Shown one piece after another: positions 36,661 through 48,806 of a stretch of 64,000 nucleotides of DNA. The notes beneath the pieces are model-generated. The model searched no databases and had not been told where the DNA came from. It worked only from the letters and a program-made list of their open reading frames with translations. A program made the position numbers and the translations under genes. The DNA comes from Octopus bimaculoides (lineage: Eukaryota), in assembly GCF_001194135.2 (NCBI RefSeq), contig NC_068995.1, positions 50,884,860 through 50,948,859 of the forward strand. The letters are read 5' to 3'. Each line of letters opens with the position of its first letter. Within the stretch, counting starts at the first letter, position 1.

Positions 36661-37129
36661 TGTACACATATAAGTACATTTGTCTTATCTTCAGTTTGCA
36701 CCAGATTTTAGCTATCAGCTACAGCAATAAAGATACAGGGGTGTGATTTGTGATTATGAAGTAATCTTCTCACCCAGTGGGTTATGAATGCTATTATGGA
36801 ATAATATTTAGATCCTTTCAGTTGATAATTTTTGTTAGAAGACTTTTCCGTGGAACCTGTCTGCCTCGAGTCTGTATTGGAACTTATCATGCATGTGTGT
36901 GTTTTTTGGCTAAGTATAAGCTTTACATTGATACCATGGTATTATGCTAGTGTCTGATTGGCTGCCAATGCAAGTGGATCCTGACAATTCACCAATGAAC
37001 ACAAACTAAAGATTTTCTGAGACTTTGCTGTCATTTCTAGCAGGTCAAGTGATTACATAGAAGTTGGGCTGTGTTTTTGAAGTCGCTGTCATTGAAGCAC
37101 TCAGACCTACTCTTCTGCCACATGCATAC

Positions 37130-37270
37130 ATCTGACTTCTGCACCACAGAAAAGATGGTGTTTCTGATAAGAACATTCTCTGTCAGTAGATAGTTTTCTT
37201 GATAAGAACAAGCTCTGTCAGGATTCCATAATGCAAAGCAGTGTATGTATTTCAGTAAATTGGTAATCAT
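37130..37270 (-). other. Candidate exon (141 bp)
   Basis: Very strong acceptor (T)15CC(T)7AG immediately followed by ATG; open MITNLLKYIHCFALWNPDRACSYQENYLLTENVLIRNTIFSVVQKSD; donor GAT|GTATGC. Confidence 0.2.
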
Positions 37271-37550
37271 CTAAAAAAAGGAAAAAAAAAAAAAATCTGT
37301 TACTTGTCTCGCTTTTTTATTTAATTAACAATAATATAATTAGCTTAGCTTATGATCAGATCAGTTTTGTTGTAAGCTGCATTACACTGAAGACTACATC
37401 AGATAGATATATATTCACCCATGTTTTAATATCTTATGTCATTATCTTACATTGCTCACAGAAAATTAGATCATCTTAAATATGAACATGTATGTTTGTT
37501 TGTACATTTCCATATAACTGTTTGGCTTTCTGTGAATCTGTATACATGTA

Positions 37551-37640
<90 letters not shown>

Positions 37641-38529
37641 TAATATATATATATAATTGTAGATTTGTGTGTGTGTATGTGGACTTGCTTTCAATAATCT
37701 TGTATTTGTGTATTAACACCTACCGTTACCTTGACAGTGGACCAAGTCTGTCTGCGACATATCTTTTAATTCCTGGTTATAGCCATTTCCCCATCACTGA
37801 TAATCCTATGTAAAGGCATGACCACCCTATATTCTCACTCCATCTCACCTAAAACTGTGTGGTCCTGTGCCAATATCGCAAATCAATACAACTATTAGGT
37901 TTCTGTGCCAATTAAAATGATTAAATTAGTTCTGTAATCAAGGAAGTTTAAAACAACAATGTGATGTTCGTCATTTCATGAACCATGTGGGTGGAAAAAT
38001 CTGAAATTAAAATTCAAATTGAAATCTATAATTCAATTTAAAGAAAAAATGATTTTACTAATTTGAACTCAAATAATTTTTTCATTTAGAATCAAATTAT
38101 TTTATCAATTTAGATTCAAATTATATTATCAGTTTGGTTTCAAATTATATTAATTATATGATCAATAGCAGTTCAAATTACTTCCTTTTTTTTTTTTCCT
38201 GTTTTTTTGTTTTAGTTTTTAGCTTTTCACATTTTACACTTTTGAGTTCAAATTTCAGTTTTTCATATAATGCCAGTGTCATAAAAAAAGTACTCAGTGC
38301 ACTCCATAAAGTGGTTGGGTTAGGGTCAGGAAGGGTGTCCATCCAGACATTTGAGCCAAACGCAGTCCTCTGGCTTGCCAGCTCTTGTCGAGTTTCCTCC
38401 TCCATGCCAGTTTGGGAAACAGCTAACGATTCTACCACTTCACTGTAAATGTCAGGTCTTTTTTTTTTTTTTTTTTTTNNNNNNNNNNATATGTATATAT
38501 ATATATATGTATATATGTATATATGTATG

Positions 38530-38735
38530 TGTGTTTGTATGTCTGTGTTTGTCCCCCCACCATCGCTTGACAACCGATGCTGGTGTGTTTACGTCCTCGT
38601 AACTTAGTGGTTCGGCAAAAAGAGACCAATAGAATAAGTACTAGTCTTACAAAGAATAAGTCCTGGGGTAGATTTTCTCGACTAAAGCCGGTGCTCCAGC
38701 ATGGCCGCAGTCAAATGACTGAAACAAGTAAAGAG
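38530..38735 (+). mobile_element. SINE-C 3' half
   Basis: 'ttgtccccccaccatcgcttgacaaccgatgctggtgtgtttacgtc...ggtgctccagcatggccgcagtcaaatgactgaaacaagtaaagag'. CpGs retained, so probably young. Confidence 0.9.
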
Positions 38736-40086
38736 AAACTAACAACGTCTTGTTACCAATTGTTGTTGGTACCTTAAGAAAAAAGAAATCCAAGTTATGT
38801 TTGTCCTGACTGACCTAGTCACTGGTTATGTGAATTGATTGGCCTTTAATAATTCCAAGAGACAGAATTCAGAAGTCGGTACTGCTGCTGATGATAATCT
38901 GTAGTTTGATAGACAGCAAGATATTGGTTTCTTTTGTAGCAACAAGCTTAAGACTATTTGATTATTTTTTTCTTTCTGAGATGTTATATAATTGTGACAA
39001 GGTAGGTTTCCATGCCAACCTAGCATTGTGACCTTCTGAATAAATACAGTTTTCCAATTAAAAACACAAAAGTAATAATAATAATAATAATGCATTGTCT
39101 TCATACATATGTTGGTTTTAAAGAATGAGAAAGAAACAAAATAGTTGAGGAGTGGCATGCTCATTCACACCCACACATGCATGTGTACACATTCACACAC
39201 ACANNNNNNNNNNNNNNNNNNNNNNNNNNNNNNNNNNNNNNNNNNNNNNNNNNNNNNNNNNNNNNNNNNNNNNNNNNNNNNNNNNNNNNNNNNNNNNNNN
39301 NNNNNNNNNNNNNNNNNNNNNNNNNNNNNNNNNNNNNNNNNNNNNNNNNNNNNNNNNNNNNNNNNNNNNNNNNNNNNNNNNNNNNNNNNNNNNNNNNNNN
39401 NNNNNNNNNNNNNNNNNNNNNNNNNNNNNNNNNNNNNNNNNNNNNNNNNNNNNNNNNNNNNNNNNNNNNNNNNNNNNNNNNNNNNNNNNNNNNNNNNNNN
39501 NNNNNNNNNNNNNNNNNNNNNNNNNNNNNNNNNNNNNNNNNNNNNNNNNNNNNNNNNNNNNNNNNNNNNNNNNNNNNNNNNNNNNNNNNNNNNNNNNNNN
39601 NNNNNNNNNNNNNNNNNNNNNNNNNNNNNNNNNNNNNNNNNNNNNNNNNNNNNNNNNNNNNNNNNNNNNNNNNNNNNNNNNNNNNNNNNNNNNNNNNNNN
39701 NNNNNNNNNNNNNNNNNNNNNNNNNNNNNNNNNNNNNNNNNNNNNNNNNNNNNNNNNNNNNNNNNNNNNNNNNNNNNNNNNNNNNNNNNNNNNNNNNNNN
39801 NNNNNNNNNNNNNNNNNNNNNNNNNNNNNNNNNNNNNNNNNNNNNNNNNNNNNNNNNNNNNNNNNNNNNNNNNNNNNNNNNNNNNNNNNNNNNNNNNNNN
39901 NNNNNNNNNNNNNNNNNNNNNNNNNNNNNNNNNNNNNNNNNNNNNNNNNNNNNNNNNNNNNNNNNNNNNNNNNNNNNNNNNNNNNNNNNNNNNNNNNNNN
40001 NNNNNNNNNNNNNNNNNNNNNNNNNNNNNNNNNNNNNNNNNNNNNNNNNNNNNNNNNNACACACACACACACACACATACGTATAT

Positions 40087-40266
40087 GTATATATATATAT
40101 ATACAACAGGCTTCTTTCAGTTTCCGTCTACCAAATCCACTCAGAAGGCTTTGGTCGGCCCGAGGCTATAGTAGAAGACACTTGCCCAAGGTGCCACGCA
40201 GTTGGACTGAACCCGGAACCATGTGGTTGGTAAGCAAGCTACTTACCACACAGCCACTCCTGCGCC
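40087..40266 (-). mobile_element. SINE-C 5' half, bounded by (TA)n on both sides
   Basis: 'caggcttctttcagtttccgtctacc...cagccactcctgcgcc' followed by ttatatatat. Confidence 0.9.
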
Positions 40267-41801
40267 TTATATATATATATGTGTATGTATATCATCATTT
40301 AATGTCTGTTTTTCATGCTGGCATGGATTGGATGGTTTGACATAACAAACAACCAGATGATCATCAGGGGTCGAAATTCCCATTTATTTCTTCGAGAGGT
40401 CATTTCAGGAACGTTTTGTTTCCTGCTATGTTGCAACACAGAAGGATAGTTTACTTCTAAGCTACTGAGTTGTTTCCCTTAGCTCAGCTGGATGACAAAT
40501 TTCAGAGATAACATTTTTATATGAATAAAACTTGAGAAAAGAAAATAAGTTACTAAATTCTTAGAAAGTGATGAGTGAAGATGAGAGGGAGGATGACTAG
40601 GAGGGGGTGGACTCATAAAGGTTTAAGCCTGTGATATCTTGAGTGATGTGAGAAAATTCCATAAGGTGCTTAGGTGTGTTTCTGTAACCCTTAGTTGCTA
40701 TGTATATTTATGTATACATTATGATGTTGTTTTTTGTTTTTGTTATTGCTGTATGTGCTGTAACTCTGTGGTTTGAAATGAATACAAACTGATAAACTAT
40801 GTAACAAACAGACAGAGGTGCTTTGGTTGATATGATTAACTTGAAGTGGGTGTCCTGGTTGGCAGCAATCCAATAACAGAAATCAGTAAAAGTTTATTCG
40901 GTCACTATAGACACACTTTGTAGACTCTCTCTCTCACTGCCCCCCCCTCTCTCTCCAGGTGCCATTCCTACAAGTTTTGGGGATCATGGACTGCCATGCC
41001 AAAGCCTAAAGATTCATGATCTTTCCTGAGAAAGATACAACAGTAGTTTCCCCCATTACATTCTACTTGTTTATTTCCTGTTTACTCTGCTAATGTCCTG
41101 CCCTCCCAAGCTTACCCTTAAGTAAGAGGACTAGTTTATGTGACATCAGAACATGTCCAAATACCAATAGGCCTGTGTGAGTCTAGTCAAGGGGCTATCT
41201 CTCCTCTAAGTTTTGAATCCCTTAGCCGCAGGATCATCTACTTGACCCATAACTAGAGTCCTCAAGAAATATCACCATTTTGGGCCAGAATGAATCTGAG
41301 AATAGTGTGGGGGGGAGGGACTAAAGGAGTAATTCTATTCATCCTGAAATGCCTACTCCCAAGCTGGAGCCTTTCCACTAGTTTAAAATATCTATTTTGT
41401 GAGTATATTGAATATTGAGCTTTATTTTAACCTTTTCATGATTATTTTGCCGTTGAAATACACAACTGATGGGTTTCCAATTAAAAAAACCCCAAAAAAA
41501 CCCCCCAAAATACTCAGAATTTGGAGGGATTTACAACCGTTTTAGACTGGGAATTGTCAGTAAGCAATTTGCTGAAAGTGTATTAATAGACAAACGTTGT
41601 CTCTCCTTGTTTGTCCCCTCTATGTTTAGCCCCCTGAGGGCAATAAAGAAATAGATATATATATATGCATGTATTTTGACAGGTTCCCAAAGCAATCTTT
41701 TAAAGCCAGTTTGCCAATGATAAACATTCTGTTGATGCACAGCAAGAGCAATATTCATTCTGAAGCAAAATCTGAAGATTTATCATATGAAGTAAACTCA
41801 C

Positions 41802-41888
41802 CGATTCATTGGCTGATTGTCATAGCTAGAGAACCATTCGTATTAAGGATACTGAACTTAGCTTTTTGAGTAGCCCTTTATTTAAGCC
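41802..41888 (-). other. Candidate non-coding exon (87 bp)
   Basis: Minus strand: ccacttcttcctttcttttcaAG ... ATCG|GTGAGT. Stops in all three frames. Confidence 0.2.
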
Positions 41889-42861
41889 CTTGAAAAGAAA
41901 GGAAGAAGTGGGCATAAAACACCCAAATTGTTTACATTTTCCTATAATCTTTAATTTCTGAGATTGGCACAATGCCATTTTGAGGAAGGATGTATGTGAT
42001 TTTAATGTACTTCAGTACGCACCTGATATTTAGTTATTTGACCCCTGAATTATGAACAGGTAACTTTGACACCTATCCAGTGTTTCATGATAATAATGAT
42101 AACTTCTGACATTGGCTCAGGGTCACATTTTGGAAAAGGATGTAGTTGGTTTAATTAACCCCGGTATTTGATGACCGATACTTAAATTGTTCCCGATGTG
42201 ATTAACAAGTGACTTTGACCCCCACCACCCTTAACCAGTTCATTTTTAATAATAATAAGTGGGGTTTTTTTATGATAATAACGATGATGATGATTAAATC
42301 TAGTGGAGGGAATTCATTTTTACATGAGGTAAAGTTCAAGTTACCTTTCCCTATTTGCTTGTTTGAAGGTTGCCAAAGTAGTCACTGAAATCCTTGACTC
42401 TTCAACCTAGCTACTAATAGCTGTTTGGATGAGGCACTGGGCCAACTTTATACCAAGCAGCCATTTAATAGCAATGCAACAGCTTATCTTGGATAGTTTA
42501 TCATGACTTTTGGGTCAGCAATCCAACATTTTCACTCCTTAGCTACCATTACATGCACCTACACCTACACACACACACACACACCAATGCCTGTTGTCAA
42601 GCAATGGTTGGGGACAACGACAACACAAACACAATGACACACAAAACTTCACATTATGAACATATATGTATATATACACATTCAGTAATTACCCTTAATA
42701 TTATGAATGTATTTATGTTTAAAGGGAATAATTATATATTTTGTATGAATTTTTCCCCTTTACTGGTTTTTCATGCTGGTTATTTGATAAATTCTTATAT
42801 AGATTTTATCCTTATATTTAATTTATATATACACACATACATATTGTGAGTATGTGTATGA

Positions 42862-43010
42862 CAGGCTTCTTTCAGTTTCCATTGACCAAATCCACTCACA
42901 GGACTATGGTTGGCTCTGGGCTATAGAGAAGACACTTGCCCTAGATGTCACACAGTGGGACTGAACCCAAAACCATATAATTGAGAAGAAAACTACTTAA
43001 CTACACAGCT
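42862..43010 (-). mobile_element. SINE-C 5' half
   Basis: 'caggcttctttcagtttccattgaccaaatccactcac...agaagacacttgccc...agtgggactgaaccc'. No 3' half beyond the TG/TA run. Confidence 0.85.
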
Positions 43011-43319
43011 GCATCCAATCAGAATCAATCATTTTAAATGCAAAAAGCTATTCAAAGGATGAAATTTGAACCAATCGAAACATTTGATCCCACCTAGTTG
43101 CATACCATGTTTACTGAAACATGTTTTTAAGCTTCTTTAATGATTTATAATAAGGTAAAAATAATGTGTGCTGTGTTTATATACTATGATACTATATTTA
43201 AATCAAATGCTTCTGTTCTTCTGAATTATCAACCTCACTTTATACCACAATCTGCCACACCTGGTAGAATTTATTTCCAGGCATGCTAGTTGACTGAGCA
43301 ACCAGGTTTCAATCTCAAG

Positions 43320-43460
43320 TTCTGTTTATATTCCTCTGTTTATATTTACATTTCCTCATAAATATAAAGCGTTGTGCCTGCGTGAAAGTCGAATCAATAT
43401 TTGCCTTCTTTCAAGCCCACAGCTGCTGCCCCGCCTAAAGTAAGAGGCAGGAAGTGTTTA
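43320..43460 (+). promoter_or_regulatory. Candidate TATA promoter and short first exon
   Basis: Forkhead-like TGTTTAT x2, TATAAA at 43363-43368, TCA initiator-like site at 43394-43396, CAGCTG, CCCCGCC, donor GTAAGA at 43440, ETS-like CAGGAAGT at 43448. Confidence 0.3.
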
Positions 43461-43677
43461 AAAAGTGTGCATATATAAGGAAATATTTAGTTGAAACTAG
43501 TTTGAACGATTCTGCTGTAGACTGGTATTTTTAGGCATTGTTGCTTGTTTTCAAATCTTGGAGGCTTGCAAAGGTTGTGAGTACAACCTTCTGACTAAAA
43601 GCAAAAATATGATACCAGTTTTGCCTTTGACTTGGTTCAGTTGTCCCTTAATGTCCTCCTTTATAGTCTTTCTTTAA

Positions 43678-43970
43678 CCCGTTACCTCCCATAATTCTAT
43701 TAACTGGAATTTTTTTTATGAAACTTTGATTTCTAGCATAAAACAGCCTTAGAAACATGCTGGAATGATCAAAATAACATTTCAAAATAACATTTTAGAT
43801 AGAAATAAGCGAGATATTGGGTGAAAAATTAGCAAACCTCATTTGAATATCAGAGAAATATACTTAGTAGATATAACAAAAAAGGTTAGATATGTGTAAA
43901 TATTGACAGATAATTACGAAATTTGTAACTTTTTAAGTGATCTCGTATGAGATCACTGGTAGGTAATGGG
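43678..43970. mobile_element. piggyBac-type MITE (293 bp)
   Basis: TTAA at 43674-43677 and 43971-43974. TIRs CCCGTTACCTCCCA / TGGTAGGTAATGGG. Confidence 0.85.
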
Positions 43971-43990
43971 TTAACAAAATATCAGTTTAA

Positions 43991-44060
43991 CCCTGAAGCA
44001 TTCAGATGATTCTGTCAATTGTATTACTTACACATTTATATTGTTTTAAATTAATTATTC
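43991..44060 (+). mobile_element. Left end of a second TTAA-CCC MITE family
   Basis: TTAA-CCCTGAAGCATTCAGATGATTCTGTCAATTGTA, homologous to 62251 (TTAA-CCCATTAGCATTTAGATTATGCTGTCAAATGTA). Confidence 0.65.
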
Positions 44061-44559
44061 TATTAGAACCAGTTTTTTTTTTTATTATCTTTTTTCTGTG
44101 ATGAAAATAAATTTTGTGGATTAAATGATACTTTAAAATATTGTATCATAATATTATTTGAATTTATCTGTTCATTCCCATTTCCCCCCATTACCATCCT
44201 TTATTTATTTATTTATGAATGTACTACAAGTAAAATTAAATAAATAAAGAGATCAACTGAGAGGGAAGATCATAAAATCATTGGTCACACTCTACTTGAG
44301 AAGACTTTTAGAAATCTTTATTACTCAGATTTCTTTTTGATTTATTTTCTTTTACAACTAACTGTTATAAATAATCAATTTTGACTTTTAAATGGTTCAA
44401 AGTCATAAATTTACAGATTCATAAATAAAATGTTTGTGTAACTTTGATACTTTTCTTGAAAATAAAAAGAAATTATATTATTAATGTGAAAAACTATAAC
44501 TGAAATTAAAAAAAAAAAAAACTTTCTTATGGTTTATTGAGGAGGAAGGGTATGTGACC

Positions 44560-45295
44560 TTTACAGCTCATTTTATTCATGAGCTTTCTGAGCTTTCAAC
44601 CCACAAGATTTCTGGTTTTACAGCTCATTTTATTCATGAGCNNNNNNNNNNNNNNNNNNNNNNNNNNNNNNNNNNNNNNNNNNNNNNNNNNNNNNNNNNN
44701 NNNNNNNNNNNNNNNNNNNNNNNNNNNNNNNNNNNNNNNNNNNNNNNNNNNNNNNNNNNNNNNNNNNNNNNNNNNNNNNNNNNNNNNNNNNNNNNNNNNN
44801 NNNNNNNNNNNNNNNNNNNNNNNNNNNNNNNNNNNNNNNNNNNNNNNNNNNNNNNNNNNNNNNNNNNNNNNNNNNNNNNNNNNNNNNNNNNNNNNNNNNN
44901 NNNNNNNNNNNNNNNNNNNNNNNNNNNNNNNNNNNNNNNNNNNNNNNNNNNNNNNNNNNNNNNNNNNNNNNNNNNNNNNNNNNNNNNNNNNNNNNNNNNN
45001 NNNNNNNNNNNNNNNNNNNNNNNNNNNNNNNNNNNNNNNNNNNNNNNNNNNNNNNNNNNNNNNNNNNNNNNNNNNNNNNNNNNNNNNNNNNNNNNNNNNN
45101 NNNNNNNNNNNNNNNNNNNNNNNNNNNNNNNNNNNNNNNNNNNNNNNNNNNCTGGACCTTCTACCCACGAGATTTCTGAGCCTTCTACCCACGAGATTTC
45201 TGAGCCTTCTACCCACGAGATTTCTGAGCCTTCTACCCACGAGATTTCTGGGCCTTCTACCTATGAGATTTCTGGGTCTTTTACCCACCAGCTTT
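44560..45295. repeat. Minisatellite array spanning a gap: 57-bp period on the left, 24-bp unit on the right
   Basis: Left: TTTACAGCTCATTTTATTCATGAGC recurs at 44560 and 44617. Right: GAGATTTCTGAGCCTTCTACCCAC about x6. Confidence 0.9.
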
Positions 45296-45419
45296 ACAGG
45301 TCTTCTGAGACTGGTGAAATTGGTGTTGTTTGTATTCAGTTTGAGCATCTGCAAGGGAAATGTTTGGAAAAGACGGAATTCAAGGGGTGACATACTTATG
45401 AGAAAGGATTAAGAAAAAG

Positions 45420-45575
45420 CTTTTAAGAGAGATAGCATGAGCAGTGAAACACAGTTGGGTTGGGATTTGAAGCATTGCCTTTCTTTCGGGAGAGCACCCA
45501 ACCGTAGAAAACCTACATCAACAGATTTCATTTGATCCATGCGAGCATGAAGAAACTGACATTAAACTGGTGCTA
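45420..45575 (+). mobile_element. Diverged RTE-type 3' tail
   Basis: 'gggagagcacccaaccgtagaaaacc...tgatccatgcgagcatgaagaaactgacattaaa'. Confidence 0.55.
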
Positions 45576-46962
45576 TTCTACTTCTGAATAGCTGAAAATT
45601 TCATCTCATCATTTACATTATAAGATATTAACCAAGAATTTAATTAAAGTATGAACACTTTAATTCAGAACATCTCAAATGGATTGGTGTTAAAAAGGTT
45701 TAATGCAGTGTGTCATTGTGTTGTAAATTACATCTGAAGTGTTAAATTTTCTCTTTGTTCCTCCACAGGAACAAGTCAAATATTTAACTATCTTTATAGA
45801 TTTTCTTTATATACACACATATACAATTGTTGTTGATTTGATTTTTGAGAGTAGCAAATGACATGAGCAGGTGGTTTTCTTTCAGATGTTGCCGACATTT
45901 AGGAATTCTCCATTAGAACTATGTAAGTAGTAGAAAGTGCAGAAATATATAGATTTATATATGTCTTGAACAATTGCCAATACTGTCTGGCTATTAGATT
46001 TGTTGACTGTTAATTTTATACAAAATTTCATTCACATGAAATTCAGAGACTGAAGAGATTTTTTTCAGCATCTTTTAGCATTCATTGAGTTGTCATGGTT
46101 TAATTTAAAAGCTTTGAGATATTTTCTTCAACATGGTAAACAATTATTGAAATTGAAATTATGCGTGATGCTGAAAGAAATAGATGAGAATCATCATGAA
46201 ATTGAAATCAATGGTTCATTGTTCAGGATCTGGTACTAATACATCATCACATTATACCTAGCTTTCTTATTTTGCACACTCATTATCATCATCACTTTTC
46301 ATCATTGTCATTTTCTCTCATTGTTGTCCTCTTTCATCATTGTCATTTTTCATCATCATCATCGGTTTTCATCATTGTAGCTTTTCATTGTTTTTCCTCA
46401 TCGTTGTTATTTTTCCTCATTGTTGTGGTCTTTAATCAGCATTGTTATTTTTCAACGACATAGCTTTTCATTGCCATTTTCCCATTCATTTTTCATCATT
46501 TATCATTGTTGTTGTCTCCCATCATTTTCTTCTTTTTTAACATCCACTTTCCCATGCTTGCATAGGTCAGATGGAATATGTTGGAGCAGATTTTTTACAG
46601 CTGGATGCCTTTCCTGTTACCAACACTCACTCCTTTCCAAGCTGGATACTTTTCTCCATGGCTGGACATGTCTCTATTAGAAGATTCGAAATGAACACCA
46701 ATCGCATGATTGAGGCATTCATTTGCAACTACTGTGCAATGTAAGATGAAGTACTCTGCACATAAAAATGCCTTGTGTCACAAAATCCAGTACTCTAACA
46801 AGGGAAGCTCTAAGTGGTCACTCAACTTGCTAGAAATAGCAGTCAAGTATCTCTCAAGTTACAACCCACCATTAAAAAAAATATATCATACATTGGACAC
46901 TGTAGTAGTAGGTATCCTAAAAGCCAGGATAGAATGTCTTTGACTTTTGGTTTGCTAGATCA

Positions 46963-47078
46963 GGACCGAGGCTATAGTAGAAGACACTTGCCCAAGGTGC
47001 CACGTAGTGGGACTGAACCCAGAACCATGTGGTTGGTAAGCAAGCTACTTACCACACAGCCACTTCTGCGCCTATACA
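46963..47078 (-). mobile_element. SINE-C 5' portion, head abutting (CA)n
   Basis: 'gaggctatagtagaagacacttgcccaaggtgccacgtagtgggactgaaccc...cagccacttctgcgcctata' followed by cacacac. Confidence 0.9.
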
Positions 47079-47771
47079 CACACACACACACACACACACT
47101 TTGTACTGGGATTGAATTCATGGAAGTTTATTGTAATACAGTTTCTATGCAACCCTCAAGAGACTAGTTTAATGGAAGACAGCAGAAAGTTGCACAATTC
47201 AATGCTTTTTTGCTTTTTTATATATTTCATTTTTTTTTCTTTCTTTTTATTCAACAACAACAAGAAATCCTTGTAGCAATTTCTTTATTCATTTCAATCA
47301 ACCCATCAGTGCATTATTATGAATACTTATTTAAAGGCCCCCGGAGAGATGAAAGGCAAAAATCAATCCCAAAGGGAATCTGAGCACAGAAACCTGAGAC
47401 ACTAAACTAGCCATAAAAATATATAAGCCAGGCATTTCACCATATCTACTAAATCACTATTTTATCATGTTTACTGAACCGTTACTACTTGTGTATAATG
47501 AAGCAATCATAATGAAATGAAATCTTTTTATTCCAATGAAATGACTTTTGGTTATCTAGTTCAAGTGAACATTCAAAGACTTATCTTTTCCATGAAATGT
47601 TGTTAACTATAATTATGGGTTGGGGTTTGTGTGTGTGTGTGTGTTTGTTTGCACAAGTGTGAGGAAATGTGCGTCTGTGCATATGCATATATGTGTGTGT
47701 CTGTGTATATGTGTTAGTGTATGTCTGTGTGTATATGCGTATGTTTGTATATATATATATGTGTGTGTGTG

Positions 47772-47803
<32 letters not shown>

Positions 47804-47811
47804 TACACTTT

Positions 47812-48180
47812 CTTTTCCAGTTCTAGACTGAGACCATTCTGGGGCACCTCCTTGAAGAATTTTTGTCGAACAACTTGACCCCTATACTTATTTTGTTACA
47901 CCTGCTACTTATTCTATCAGTCTCTGTTGCTGAACTGCTAAGTTATAGGGACATACACACCAACACCATTTGTCGAGCGGTGGGGTGGGACACACACACA
48001 CACACACAAACACAATGGGCTTCTTTCAGTTTCCGTCTACCAAATCCACTCACAAGGCTTTGGTCGGCCTGAGGCTATAGTAGAAGACACTTGCCAAAGG
48101 TGCCAACGCAGTGGGAATGAACCCGGAACCATGTGGTTGGTAAGCTAGCTACTTACCACACAGCCACTCCTACACCTATA
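47812..48180 (-). mobile_element. SINE-C full length with internal (CA/TG)n
   Basis: Both halves present, joined by (CA)n at about 47990-48012. Confidence 0.9.
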
Positions 48181-48499
48181 TAATGAGAAATCATTAGCAA
48201 TTCAAAGAAATTATAGCTGCATTTTGGAAAAGTCAGTTTTTCCAATCATTATACACATGCTTTGATTATGATTATTATCATCAGCTTTTTTAATTATTTC
48301 GTTATGAGTCTCAAATTCCTTCATTGTATTTCGCTGTTATTCCACTGATTTCTGTTGCATCTGCACATTGGTAATGCTGAGTCTTCTGTAATACAATATC
48401 GTTTTTTTATTCAGCATATGATTTATGACCAAAATTCATACAAAATTAAAATTTCTGTCATTATTATCTTTATCATCATATCATCATCATCATCATTGT

Positions 48500-48680
48500 C
48501 ATTATTTAGCCTCTACTTTACATGCTGGCATGGGTTAGACAGTTTGACAAGAACTGATAAGCTAGAGAGCTGTGCCAGATTCCAGTCTGATTTTGGCTTG
48601 GTTTCTACAGCTGGATGTCCTTCCTAAAGTCAACCACTCCAAGAGTGTAGTGGGTGCCTTTCATGTGTCACCTGTACTGG
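48500..48680 (-). mobile_element. RTE 3' tail
   Basis: 'catgctggcatgggttagacag...gtttctacagctggatgtccttcctaaagtcaaccactcc'. Confidence 0.8.
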
Positions 48681-48690
48681 ATTATTATTA

Positions 48691-48766
48691 AGATGCTGTA
48701 TTGGCAGAATTGTCACTGTGCCAGACAAAATGCTTAGTGGCACTTCTTGTGCCTATGTTAGAAAAG

Positions 48767-48806
<40 letters not shown>

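Noticed and set aside
40958-41040. Strong plus-strand acceptor followed by GC-richer sequence
   Set aside because: All three frames stop within 25 codons and there is no good donor.
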